IMG/VR virus record: IMGVR_UViG_3300047493_000037
Location: 158,713-176,837 of that record
DNA: 18,125 nucleotides
Strand: one strand, 5' to 3'
Origin: a virus
Taxonomy: Duplodnaviria > Heunggongvirae > Uroviricota > Caudoviricetes
Part shown: positions 1 through 7,665 of the stretch, piece after piece
Layout of the letters: each line of letters starts with the position of its first letter
Numbering within the stretch: the first letter of the stretch is position 1
Translations under genes and position numbers: made by a program
The notes under the pieces: model-generated
What the model was told of the DNA's origin: nothing
The model's database searches: none
Seen by the model: only the letters and a program-made list of their open reading frames with translations

Positions 1-151
1 CGCTGTCATTATCATTTTTCATTCTGTCCCAATATTGGTTCCAGTGTCCTGCGGCTCTAAGATCTACTTTAATGAAAACCTTCAATAAGCGGTATAGTGC
101 AGCCATCGTAAAATAGTAAGTTTGAGATGCTTCGCGCTCTTCAAGCCTCAC
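1..151 (-). CDS. Partial small protein running off the window start; carries the Leu-helix motif (LYRLLKVF)
   Basis: GTG at 151 overlaps the TGA of the SWIM ORF (GTGA). Open for 50 codons to position 1 by manual translation. Confidence 0.55.
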   Translation of the reverse strand, partial: MRLEEREASQTYYFTMAALYRLLKVFIKVDLRAAGHWNQYWDRMKNDNDS

Positions 152-369
152 GCGGAGATCTCCCTAACAGGCATTCCTTCTTTAATCCAAGCTCTAACCA
201 TATCTGCATGACGACAATACTTGTTGTACATGCCGGATGGACAGTTGCACTTGAGTGCATCGTTCTTGCCCATCTCAACTCTATAAACTTGAATAGGTGC
301 AGTACCCATATCCCACTTGGACACGGTGAACTGCACCTCTGAATCTTGACGAATGAGATAAGTTATCAT
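148..369 (-). CDS. SWIM-type zinc finger protein
   Basis: KCNCPSGMYNKYCRH matches the SWIM CxC-xn-CxH pattern. Start moved to ATG 369 (MITYLIRQ) because the longer ORF overlaps the tRNA-like element. Confidence 0.75.
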   Translation of the reverse strand: MITYLIRQDSEVQFTVSKWDMGTAPIQVYRVEMGKNDALKCNCPSGMYNKYCRHADMVRAWIKEGMPVREISA

Positions 370-420
370 AAATTGTGCCCCGATTTTCGTGGACTCGGGA
401 CCACATCCTAACCTTATTCG

Positions 421-491
421 CATATGGTGCTGGACTCGAACCAACATTACCGTAGTATAAGTACGGACTCTTACCATTAGATGAACCGCAA
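421..491 (-). tRNA. trnI: tRNA-Ile(UAU)-like element, possibly a pseudo-tRNA
   Basis: Perfect anticodon stem CCGTA/TACGG with loop CT-TAT-AC, T-arm GTTGG-TTCGAGT-CCAGC, and D-arm TCT-AATGGTA-AGA. The acceptor stem has only 5/7 pairs (TTGCGGT/ACCATAT) and no CCA at the normal position. Confidence 0.6.
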
Positions 492-547
492 ACCGTCACA
501 GTGGACGTTAGGTTACCTGAAGCTCCGTCGAGTTCAGGACTGCAGAC

Positions 548-769
548 TTATTTAACCACAGTGGGTTGAAAACTGTTTGCCATTGCACTCTGATAGAACT
601 CTTTGCAAACAAGCGCTTCGCGAACGATTTCGCTCCCTTGACCGATCACTTCATCTTGACCAGTCTTTGGGTTGTGACGATAGTAGGTGCGTTGACGAAT
701 ATGGGTGACCAGGCGATGAGCGGGTTCATTGGCTTGAGTTTGAGCACCAGTGACTTGACATTTGAACAT
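548..769 (-). CDS. Hypothetical phage protein (73 aa)
   Basis: GAGGA RBS upstream of ATG 769. Co-oriented with the operon. Confidence 0.75.
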   Translation of the reverse strand: MFKCQVTGAQTQANEPAHRLVTHIRQRTYYRHNPKTGQDEVIGQGSEIVREALVCKEFYQSAMANSFQPTVVK

Positions 770-787
770 ATAATTTTCCTCTGAAGT

Positions 788-803
788 GATATTGATTCGG
801 AAT
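788..803 (-). promoter_or_regulatory. ATYCCGA-class motif (weaker copy)
   Basis: ATTCCGA-ATC-AATATC in the intergenic gap upstream of ATG 769. It lacks the TA of the -10-like hexamer. Confidence 0.4.
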
Positions 804-808
804 TAGGT

Positions 809-1141
809 TCAATCAAACTCTGACGTTGGGCGCATGCGCACATTCACAGTCCCAAGGTTTACATACTCGTCGTCGAAGGTGAGATCCGGCTTAGAACCAT
901 CCTTCATCTTGCATTCGACATTAGCAACTAGATCCGACATCCCGTCAAGGAGGTTATAGTGTCTGACCACCTGTTGCCAGACGCTTTGAGCATAACTCTT
1001 TCCGCCACCAGACCACACGATGACATCTGCTTGATTAGAGGCAATGAAGCCAATCAGCAACTTACACATGTCGTCGCGTAAGGCATTATTATAGTCACGC
1101 AAAGTTCCATCACAGTCAAAAGCAACTCTAAGTCTTGCCAT
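809..1141 (-). CDS. HAD-superfamily hydrolase (small, capless type)
   Basis: Motif I AFDCDGTL, motif II VWSGGG, a Lys, and motif IV TFDD. GGAG RBS. Confidence 0.85.
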   Translation of the reverse strand: MARLRVAFDCDGTLRDYNNALRDDMCKLLIGFIASNQADVIVWSGGGKSYAQSVWQQVVRHYNLLDGMSDLVANVECKMKDGSKPDLTFDDEYVNLGTVNVRMRPTSEFD

Positions 1142-1143
1142 AT

Positions 1144-1743
1144 TTACTCCTTATCAGAATAGTTGTACGTGTTGAAGAACCAGTCCCAGAGTGGAGATGT
1201 AACACCAAACTTACTCTGCTCATCTTTAAAGTGATGAAGCATATGCTGCTTCTTAAGGTACTTAAATATAAAGAACCTGGGATTAGTGAGGTGAGAAATG
1301 TAATGAACATATTCATACACCAAGAATCCCTCTAAGATCCCAGAACCAAAAGATAAAGTGTTGATAGCATTACCTAAAAACAAATAAAACACACCCATAG
1401 TGATCAAGTAAACAGGTAATGCTAGGATAACAGGAGCTGTAACGTACTTCTTATTTGAAGGTTGATCGTGATGAATTAGATGCAATCCAGAGTTGAATGG
1501 TTTCATTAAGTAATGCTCACTTTTAGAGTGAAACGAGAACCTATGAAGCATATACTCCATCAGCGTCCAGAAGAATATCCCTGCGCTAGACAAACCTAGT
1601 TGACAAAGCATAGAGGTTTGATGCGCATAGCCAATGTATCCGAGCTGTGCTACTAGAAGTGGCCCAAACAGCCAATAATGGACATTTGGACTGACATGTC
1701 CAAAATCTGGCGGAATCTTAGCAACAAGTCGACTCAACCTCAT
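1144..1743 (-). CDS. Fatty acid hydroxylase / sterol desaturase superfamily membrane di-metal enzyme (FA2H/Scs7-like)
   Basis: Four His boxes EYMLHRFSFH, HLIHH, YEYVHYISH and HMLHH, a C-terminal FGVTSPLWD motif, and hydrophobic segments. Confidence 0.93.
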   Translation of the reverse strand: MRLSRLVAKIPPDFGHVSPNVHYWLFGPLLVAQLGYIGYAHQTSMLCQLGLSSAGIFFWTLMEYMLHRFSFHSKSEHYLMKPFNSGLHLIHHDQPSNKKYVTAPVILALPVYLITMGVFYLFLGNAINTLSFGSGILEGFLVYEYVHYISHLTNPRFFIFKYLKKQHMLHHFKDEQSKFGVTSPLWDWFFNTYNYSDKE

Positions 1744-2042
1744 TCACTATCCTTGTCTAGGCCAATTGCTCGCTCAAGCATTAAGGTATTAAGAGCTTCC
1801 CTGAACACGATCACGTTAAACAGATGTCCATCTGCGGCCCTATATTGGGAGATGAAAGTAAGGTTACTTTTTGATAACCTTGAAAGTACTGTATACCAGT
1901 AAGATAGTGGACCAGAAATATCAGTAGATAGGCTATTATGAAGTCTCTCATTGAACTCAATCTCTCTGATCTTGTAGACGAGTTTGAGCATCTTTTGTCC
2001 AGCTTTAACTCGTCGTGCACTCTTCTTATTGCGTTTCTGCAT
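1740..2042 (-). CDS. Hypothetical protein with basic N-terminus (100 aa)
   Basis: AAGGA RBS. ATGA overlap with the hydroxylase start. Confidence 0.75.
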   Translation of the reverse strand: MQKRNKKSARRVKAGQKMLKLVYKIREIEFNERLHNSLSTDISGPLSYWYTVLSRLSKSNLTFISQYRAADGHLFNVIVFREALNTLMLERAIGLDKDSE

Positions 2043-2058
2043 ATAACTTCCTTATATG

Positions 2059-2074
2059 ATTCTAGTATCGGATT
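2059..2074 (-). promoter_or_regulatory. ATYCCGA-class promoter-like motif
   Basis: AATCCGA-TAC-TAGAAT upstream of ATG 2042. Confidence 0.6.
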
Positions 2075-2076
2075 AA

Positions 2077-2085
2077 TGATACAAT
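2077..2085 (+). promoter_or_regulatory. Extended -10 promoter, probably leaderless
   Basis: TGa-TACAAT followed by 6 nt and ATG 2092. No SD sequence. Confidence 0.55.
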
Positions 2086-2091
2086 ATAGCT

Positions 2092-2403
2092 ATGAGTTAT
2101 GAGGTTCTTAAGATACACGCTAATGGTCAATGGACTCTAATAAAGAGTGCTAAAGCTCCATATACTTCACCTGAAGGTGGCATCTCAACCCCAAGAGAAC
2201 AGGGTGAACCAGATAATGACTATAAGAGCTATAGAAGCACAACTGGTCAACTACGCGAAGACCATGGAACTAAAGGCTCTATTCATGGCGCACCTGGTAA
2301 TAAGCGCGCGCCTAAGCAGGGTCAAGCTCGTCGTAACTGGGCTAAAGTACCCACAATGCTTCCTTCTGCTGCTGAAGACTCTGAGCCTGGTTTAGTTACT
2401 TAA
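2092..2403 (+). CDS. Hypothetical basic, Gly/Pro-rich protein (103 aa)
   Basis: Clean ORF divergent from the minus operon, with a promoter directly upstream. Confidence 0.7.
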   Translation: MSYEVLKIHANGQWTLIKSAKAPYTSPEGGISTPREQGEPDNDYKSYRSTTGQLREDHGTKGSIHGAPGNKRAPKQGQARRNWAKVPTMLPSAAEDSEPGLVT

Positions 2404-2527
2404 TGCGTCTTCTTACGTAAGAATCTATCTTGTTAATGTTGATATGAGCGATTGGCATATCGGGGCATAAAGTTTTTAACACGCTAATAAGTTTTACTGT
2501 GCTCAAACCAGGCGAACTCTTTATCAT
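2396..2527 (-). CDS. Leu-helix microprotein (43 aa; LISVLKTL)
   Basis: Manual translation. ATGA overlap with the upstream ORF. Confidence 0.55.
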   Translation of the reverse strand: MIKSSPGLSTVKLISVLKTLCPDMPIAHININKIDSYVRRRIK

Positions 2528-2691
2528 TCTTCTAATCTTTTCAAGTAACTCCATAAATAAGCTCTAAATCTAGCCTCTGTAGCAGAATTAATTACTTCTA
2601 AATCTCCTAACAAAATCACGAATGAGCGAGCTGCCCTAAACTTCCACTCTCTTCGCATCTTTCTAGCTTTACGTTTGTGGTTTCCACTCAT
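2524..2691 (-). CDS. Leu-helix microprotein (55 aa; FVILLGDLEV)
   Basis: Manual translation. ATGA overlaps at both ends. Confidence 0.65.
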   Translation of the reverse strand: MSGNHKRKARKMRREWKFRAARSFVILLGDLEVINSATEARFRAYLWSYLKRLEE

Positions 2692-2858
2692 ACTACTGAT
2701 ACATGCCGATGTACGTACTCTATCTCGTACGATGGTACACTATTTGGAAACGCTTCTTCCATGTAGTCAACGCTTGCTGTCTTCACGTTAAGCTTTTCTA
2801 AAAGATCTAACACTCCGTGAACAGCATATACCGCGACATTTAATTTAACATTTGGCAT
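2688..2858 (-). CDS. Leu-helix microprotein (56 aa; VLDLLEKLNV)
   Basis: Manual translation. Overlaps both neighbours. Confidence 0.65.
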   Translation of the reverse strand: MPNVKLNVAVYAVHGVLDLLEKLNVKTASVDYMEEAFPNSVPSYEIEYVHRHVSVV

Positions 2859-3072
2859 TAGGTTCTATATTTAGTTTATATAGCAATATAACCAACCTAG
2901 TATGCCTTATAACAAAAGTTTCTTTACAGGCTTCATGCTTGCATGGTTCTTTGTTGTCTAACGCAATGACCATACAAACCCAATCTCTATACCAACTTGT
3001 GACACCTTCAGCTTCAGTCCATTCACCTCCATATTCTATTTCTTTGCCGCAGTCTTCACAGATTATTCCCAT
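2845..3072 (-). CDS. Leu-helix microprotein with CxxC (75 aa; LVILLYKLNIEP)
   Basis: ORF track 2845..3078, with ATG at 3072. C-terminus resembles LAKLLYLLGIEP of 13176..13349. Confidence 0.7.
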   Translation of the reverse strand: MGIICEDCGKEIEYGGEWTEAEGVTSWYRDWVCMVIALDNKEPCKHEACKETFVIRHTRLVILLYKLNIEPNAKC

Positions 3073-3215
3073 TGCCACTTGCTTTTACCTATCTTTTTCA
3101 TGATTCTTTCTGCGTATTGATAAGCGCTAAAGCTATCCTTGTCGGCGCCTTTTACATTCAAGCGTATAAGAACCCTTATAAGGCAGCTTACTGAACTTAT
3201 TCTGCTTACAATCAT
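3063..3215 (-). CDS. Leu-helix microprotein (50 aa; LIRVLIRLNV)
   Basis: Manual translation. TAATG overlap with the upstream ORF. Confidence 0.6.
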   Translation of the reverse strand: MIVSRISSVSCLIRVLIRLNVKGADKDSFSAYQYAERIMKKIGKSKWQWE

Positions 3216-3385
3216 TAGTATAGATCATCTCTGCGCTTATATGAAGCTGAACAAGTGCCTAACAGGGCAGACAAAAGATAGCACAAACCTCTAAAAGATG
3301 GATCACGCGAATCGCTATACTTCTGTATCGGACCTTTAAAATACAAGCTATGAATAAGCACATCTACTTCTTCACGCAACCTCAT
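3215..3385 (-). CDS. Leu-helix microprotein, subfamily A (56 aa; LCYLLSALLGT)
   Basis: Manual translation MRLREEVDVLIHSLYF...GLCYLLSALLGTC. First gene after the composite element. Confidence 0.75.
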   Translation of the reverse strand: MRLREEVDVLIHSLYFKGPIQKYSDSRDPSFRGLCYLLSALLGTCSASYKRRDDLY

Positions 3386-3390
3386 ACAAA

Positions 3391-3442
3391 TATCTAGTAT
3401 CGGAATAAGGGTTGTAAGGGTACAGTCGGCGTAGCAGTATCG
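3391..3442 (-). promoter_or_regulatory. Composite element, copy 1 (diverged box plus ATYCCGA motif)
   Basis: Plus strand GGCGTAGCAGTATC at 3428, 21-nt spacer, then ATTCCGA-TAC-TAGATA on minus, 5 nt, ATG 3385. Confidence 0.65.
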
Positions 3443-3468
3443 TGCGGGGCGCGATCAACGTAGGTCGA

Positions 3469-3477
3469 TGATATTAT
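3469..3477 (+). promoter_or_regulatory. Extended -10 promoter for the peptidase
   Basis: TGa-TATTAT about 30 nt upstream of ATG 3509. Confidence 0.45.
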
Positions 3478-3508
3478 TCTTGATGGCACGAAGATGCTAG
3501 GAGCTGAT

Positions 3509-4267
3509 ATGGTTAAGAAATTAGGTAAACTTCCAAGAACTCATGATCCAAGAGTAAAGCATATGAGTGCGATGCTACTTGGCAGACATCTACCTACTCC
3601 TCCAGAATCAGTTGACTGGACTAAAGGCATTAAAGACTTTGGCATGATGCTCAATGATGAGCTAGGTGATTGCACCTGTGCTGCGGTATTTCATGCTCGT
3701 CAGATTTGGACAGCAAACACGGAGACAGAAAGCACTGAGCCTGACGCCATGGTGCTTAAGCTGTATGAAGCGGCGTGCGGATACAACCCTGCAGACCCCA
3801 ACAGCGACACGGGTGGAATAGAGCAAAACGTACTTAACTACCTGTTTAACAAAGGTATTCCTTTAGCTGATGGCAGCGTGGATAAGATCTTAGGATACGC
3901 CGAGATTAACTTTAAGAACATTAACGAGGTCAAGGTTGCTATTAATGAGTTTGGATTGGCGTATATTGGAATTCAAGTTCCAGCTAGCATATATGACGCA
4001 AACGGTATTCCACTATCTATGTGGGATTATGTCCCAAACAGCGAACTTGAAGGCGGACATGCGATCATCGTCGTTGGATATGATAACAATGGGGTCACTG
4101 TGGTCTCATGGGGCGCATTATATAAGATGACATGGGCATTCTTTGATCACTACTGCGATGAAGCATATGCAATCATAGATAAAAACTGGATCGCCACAAG
4201 TGGTAAGACCCCATTAGGAGTCTCTTTGGAAGAGCTAGAAACACTTATGAAAGAGATAAGAGAGTAG
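3509..4267 (+). CDS. Papain-like (C1-like) cysteine peptidase
   Basis: MLNDELGDCTCAA (catalytic Cys), GGHAIIVVGYD (catalytic His), SWG, and an N-terminal P.SVDW. AGGAG RBS supports ATG 3509. Confidence 0.85.
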   Translation: MVKKLGKLPRTHDPRVKHMSAMLLGRHLPTPPESVDWTKGIKDFGMMLNDELGDCTCAAVFHARQIWTANTETESTEPDAMVLKLYEAACGYNPADPNSDTGGIEQNVLNYLFNKGIPLADGSVDKILGYAEINFKNINEVKVAINEFGLAYIGIQVPASIYDANGIPLSMWDYVPNSELEGGHAIIVVGYDNNGVTVVSWGALYKMTWAFFDHYCDEAYAIIDKNWIATSGKTPLGVSLEELETLMKEIRE

Positions 4268-4448
4268 TCAACGATCTCTCTTTAAGATAGAAGCTGCCCA
4301 CTCGTTCCACATGCCTCGACTATGTGATGAGTTTTCTTCGTCAGATCTTTTAATGTACTCTTTAGATACCCTCGTTCTCATCCATAAGTATCTGAGTAAT
4401 TGTCTTAAGTTAATCATGTTAAATGACTCTTCCATGAGTCTCGATTCA

Positions 4449-4724
4449 TTACCGAGACCACTCCTTTGCTAGATCATTGTATTCTTCCTGCATAAGAGTA
4501 GTTACCCGACCATTCCTGAGTATTCCGTAATGGCACTTAGTCATGCCCAACGACGATCCGTAAGTGGCACGAAATGCACTCAGACTGATTGTCTGACACT
4601 TAATGTGGTTACCATTGATGTCATGCACTTCAATCTTATAGACATGAGTGAGAGGAGCATCGCCACGATAGGTTGGTGAAGTGGATGCCTTGATAACCCG
4701 AATAAGCTCAAAACCTTTATTCAT
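4449..4724 (-). CDS. Hypothetical protein (91 aa)
   Basis: GGGAG RBS. ATYCCGA motif upstream. Confidence 0.7.
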   Translation of the reverse strand: MNKGFELIRVIKASTSPTYRGDAPLTHVYKIEVHDINGNHIKCQTISLSAFRATYGSSLGMTKCHYGILRNGRVTTLMQEEYNDLAKEWSR

Positions 4725-4763
4725 ACGTTTCTCCCTTAGCCTCTTGCTAAATGTTTATATGTT

Positions 4764-4779
4764 CATTTAGATTCGGAAT
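4764..4779 (-). promoter_or_regulatory. ATYCCGA-class promoter-like motif
   Basis: ATTCCGA-ATC-TAAATG upstream of ATG 4724. Confidence 0.55.
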
Positions 4780-4788
4780 AAGTTGACA

Positions 4789-4817
4789 TTGAAATTAACT
4801 GAGTTACATGGTATTAT
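4789..4817 (+). promoter_or_regulatory. Sigma70-type promoter
   Basis: TTGAAA (4789-4794), 17 nt, TATTAT (4812-4817) with an extended TG. An extra TTGACA lies at 4783. Confidence 0.7.
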
Positions 4818-4842
4818 TAAGTCATATTGTGAAGGAACGTGT

Positions 4843-7497
4843 ATGTCGATTAATACATTGAATTTTGGTAGTAAAGTAGTTTTTTTAAGTGGCTTGCCTC
4901 TCACCTTGCCAGTTATAGCATCTGATCCAGGCAGCGCAGGCGCCGGGGACATGTACTATAACTCAACATCTAACACAGTTAGATACTACAATGGTAGTGC
5001 TTGGCAAGACATTGGTGGTGGCGGAGGCGGCGGTGGAGCTAACACTGGTCTAAGCAACCTTACATCTACAGCTATTAATACATCTTTGATACCTGCAAGC
5101 GATGGCAGTATCGGACTTGGCTCACAAAGTTTAGGTTTTGCAGATGCATTTTCTGAGTCATGGAATGTAACAGATGGTGTTGGTAACATCAGTGCAGTGC
5201 TTCAAACTGGCCTGGCTGCTCCAGATGGTTCATCTACAGTTGCTCAACTTACTTCCAATTATGATCCTGCAAATACGAGCGCTGCGGGAGCTTTTGCCGT
5301 ATTCACTGGTAATGATGCTGTAAACAATACTGGTAACTTACTACTTGAAACTGGTAATGCAACTGGTGCAACTAATAACTCTGGCGATATTCATTTAACT
5401 ACAGGCACTACTGTCGGTGGTACAAAGGGTAACCTTGTAATCGCTGTAGGTCAAACTAACTTCTCTGACGGTTCACTTGTTGCTGTTCAAGAGATTATGT
5501 CTGGTGGCGGACTACAAATTCTTGACTCCGGCGGCAATACCTCTGTTAATATTGAAGGTCGTACGCTCATGTATAACACAGGAACTGAACTTTCCTGGGG
5601 TTCTGCTGGCGTAAACATCTTTAATACACTCACCATGAATGGTCAGTATATTAGCGGTTTACATGATCCTTTTGCTGCTCAAGATGCTGCTACTAAACAC
5701 TATGTAGACATGATTGGTACTCGTCCATTCGTCACCCTTAAGGATGATACGGCGGTAATTCTTCCTACTGGTTCTGCATATACAGCAGATGGACAACCGG
5801 TTGTTAACGGAAATAGAGTTTTATTCACAAATCTTGTTACTGGTAATAACGAAGTATATGTCGTAGGTGGCGTTGGCACATCTCTAACATGGACTCTTGC
5901 AACTGATGGTCAAAACGGTGATGGTACTCCAGCAGCTGGCGACATCTTGCTTGTTCTTGACGGTACAGCAAATGGTCAAAAACTATTTGATTACACTGGG
6001 GCAGCATGGAACAATATCAGTTCTTCTGGTGGTGGTTCAGGCGCTAACACCTCTCTATCTAATCTAACAACTACCTCTATCAACACCGACTTGCTTCCTA
6101 GTTCAGCAATCGGTGAAAGCATTGGTAGCTCAGCTCTTCCATGGTCTACCGTTTGGACTTCACTTATAAATCTCTCAGGTGGACCGGGAACAGTGGAAGC
6201 CCAAATTGAAGGTGGTGGATCAAGTCCATCCGGTGCTGCTTTACAACTTAGCATGTATGGCATCTATCAAAACTCTGCAGCACCTGGTAATGCTGGTCTT
6301 TGGGCTGGTGGTGATGGTACAGCAGACGCTAATCAAGGCGGGAGCTTATACCTAGAAACTGGCAATAAGATTAACGGAACAGGTAACGCTGGTGACATTA
6401 ATTTAAGAACTGGTACATCTATCGGCGGTAACTCTGGCAATATCAACCTGATGGTTGGTCCAGCTATCGGGCCAGGTGTTGGTAGTATTAATATTAATGC
6501 AAACATTCTACCAGTATCAGCATTCGGTAGTAGCATTGGCAGTCTTGCCCTTCCTATGGGCTTAATGGTATCTGATGCATTCCAAGTTTCTGGTGGCGCT
6601 TCTGATCCAGGGAACGCACAATTCTACGCAGGTGGTACTTCGGGGGCATCTGGTCAACAGATGGCTGCGTCTCTATCTGGTAGCTATGATTCAGTATATG
6701 CTTCAGCATTAGGTATAGGTTTTGGTTCTAACCCTGATAATGCAGCTGATGCCATCAACACTCTTGGTGTTTACATTGAATCTGGTAATCAGTCTAATGC
6801 TGGTGGAACAGGTAACTCTGGTCTCATTAACATTCAGACTGGTTCAACATCTGGAACAGGAAACACTGGTGGAATTAACATTCAGACTGGCGCACCACTT
6901 AACGGTGGGACTCGCGGTGCTATCACGATTGTTGGTAACGGTACTATAGTTGACAACAATGGCGACCTATCGATCGATTGGGGTATAAGAACGCTTAATG
7001 ATAGTGCTGGCGTACTTGCTATAGATTACGATGTAACTCGTGGTTTGTATAGCACAACAGGAGTTGCAGTGGCTGGTTGGGGCGATGTTGGACTTCTTCA
7101 ATTTAACATGCTCACTCACCCAATTGTGAACTTGGCTGATCCTACTAATCCTCAGGATGCTGCTACCAAGAATTATGTTGATAATTCTGCTGCAAGTTTC
7201 CCTGCAGTTACACTTACTGATGCCTCATCTACTAATGTCTACACAAATCAGGTAACAAAGAGTCGCATTATCGCTTACGAAGTTACAAGAAGCGGCGAAA
7301 CTCAGACTGGCATGATCATGATTGCTACCGATGGTGCAAGCGTTGTAAGTATCACTGATACTAATGTCAATACTGCAGCACTTGGAGTTACATTCACTGC
7401 AACTTCAACTGGTGGCACGACTACTCTTATTGCAACTACTACTGCGACTGGCACTGGTGCAGTTATGAGTTACAAGTACATGTTCGATAATGCTTAA
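4843..7497 (+). CDS. Gly/Thr/Ser-rich virion structural protein, tail-fibre-like (884 aa)
   Basis: GAAGGA RBS before ATG 4843. Motifs YYNSTSNTVRYYNGSAW, two DP...QDAATKxYVD, two GGG-ANTxLSNLTxTxINT and repeated LETGN/IQTG beta-type units. Confidence 0.75.
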   Translation: MSINTLNFGSKVVFLSGLPLTLPVIASDPGSAGAGDMYYNSTSNTVRYYNGSAWQDIGGGGGGGGANTGLSNLTSTAINTSLIPASDGSIGLGSQSLGFADAFSESWNVTDGVGNISAVLQTGLAAPDGSSTVAQLTSNYDPANTSAAGAFAVFTGNDAVNNTGNLLLETGNATGATNNSGDIHLTTGTTVGGTKGNLVIAVGQTNFSDGSLVAVQEIMSGGGLQILDSGGNTSVNIEGRTLMYNTGTELSWGSAGVNIFNTLTMNGQYISGLHDPFAAQDAATKHYVDMIGTRPFVTLKDDTAVILPTGSAYTADGQPVVNGNRVLFTNLVTGNNEVYVVGGVGTSLTWTLATDGQNGDGTPAAGDILLVLDGTANGQKLFDYTGAAWNNISSSGGGSGANTSLSNLTTTSINTDLLPSSAIGESIGSSALPWSTVWTSLINLSGGPGTVEAQIEGGGSSPSGAALQLSMYGIYQNSAAPGNAGLWAGGDGTADANQGGSLYLETGNKINGTGNAGDINLRTGTSIGGNSGNINLMVGPAIGPGVGSININANILPVSAFGSSIGSLALPMGLMVSDAFQVSGGASDPGNAQFYAGGTSGASGQQMAASLSGSYDSVYASALGIGFGSNPDNAADAINTLGVYIESGNQSNAGGTGNSGLINIQTGSTSGTGNTGGINIQTGAPLNGGTRGAITIVGNGTIVDNNGDLSIDWGIRTLNDSAGVLAIDYDVTRGLYSTTGVAVAGWGDVGLLQFNMLTHPIVNLADPTNPQDAATKNYVDNSAASFPAVTLTDASSTNVYTNQVTKSRIIAYEVTRSGETQTGMIMIATDGASVVSITDTNVNTAALGVTFTATSTGGTTTLIATTTATGTGAVMSYKYMFDNA

Positions 7498-7506
7498 TAA
7501 ATAAGT

Positions 7507-7665
7507 TCAGGAGGTAGACTCTGGATCGTCTCCAGGTCTATCTCCTTTTACTTTTAGTATATGCAATGCCCATTCTTGGCGAGATTCTGCTGGAAAAAAT
7601 CCGTGATTACCATCTATTTTCTTGCAAAGTTCTAAATACTTAATCAAATAGTATAAGTTAATCAC
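7507..7665 (-). CDS. Possible Leu-helix microprotein (LYYLIKYLEL)
   Basis: GTG 7665 overlaps the end of 7658..8125. The 3' end runs through the terminator hairpin, so this call is uncertain. Confidence 0.4.
   Translation of the reverse strand: MINLYYLIKYLELCKKIDGNHGFFPAESRQEWALHILKVKGDRPGDDPESTS
7510..7555 (+). terminator. Intrinsic terminator of the fibre gene
   Basis: GGAGGTAGAC/GTCTATCTCC outer stem, CTGGA/TCCAG inner stem, followed by TTTTACTTTT. Confidence 0.85.

Noticed and set aside
281-499. ORF 281..499 and the 5' extension of 148..477
   Set aside because: They run through the tRNA-like cloverleaf and lack protein-like features.
494-545. Hairpins upstream of the tRNA-like element as a second tRNA
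   Set aside because: No T-loop or consistent cloverleaf could be built.
4783-4842. TTG start at 4783 for the fibre gene
   Set aside because: This segment contains the promoter and SD. ATG 4843 is better supported.
4767-6949. Short ORFs overlapping the fibre gene (4767..4952, 4986..5189, 5991..6263, 6333..6536, 6722..6949)
   Set aside because: Antisense or out-of-frame by-products of Gly/Thr-rich codons.
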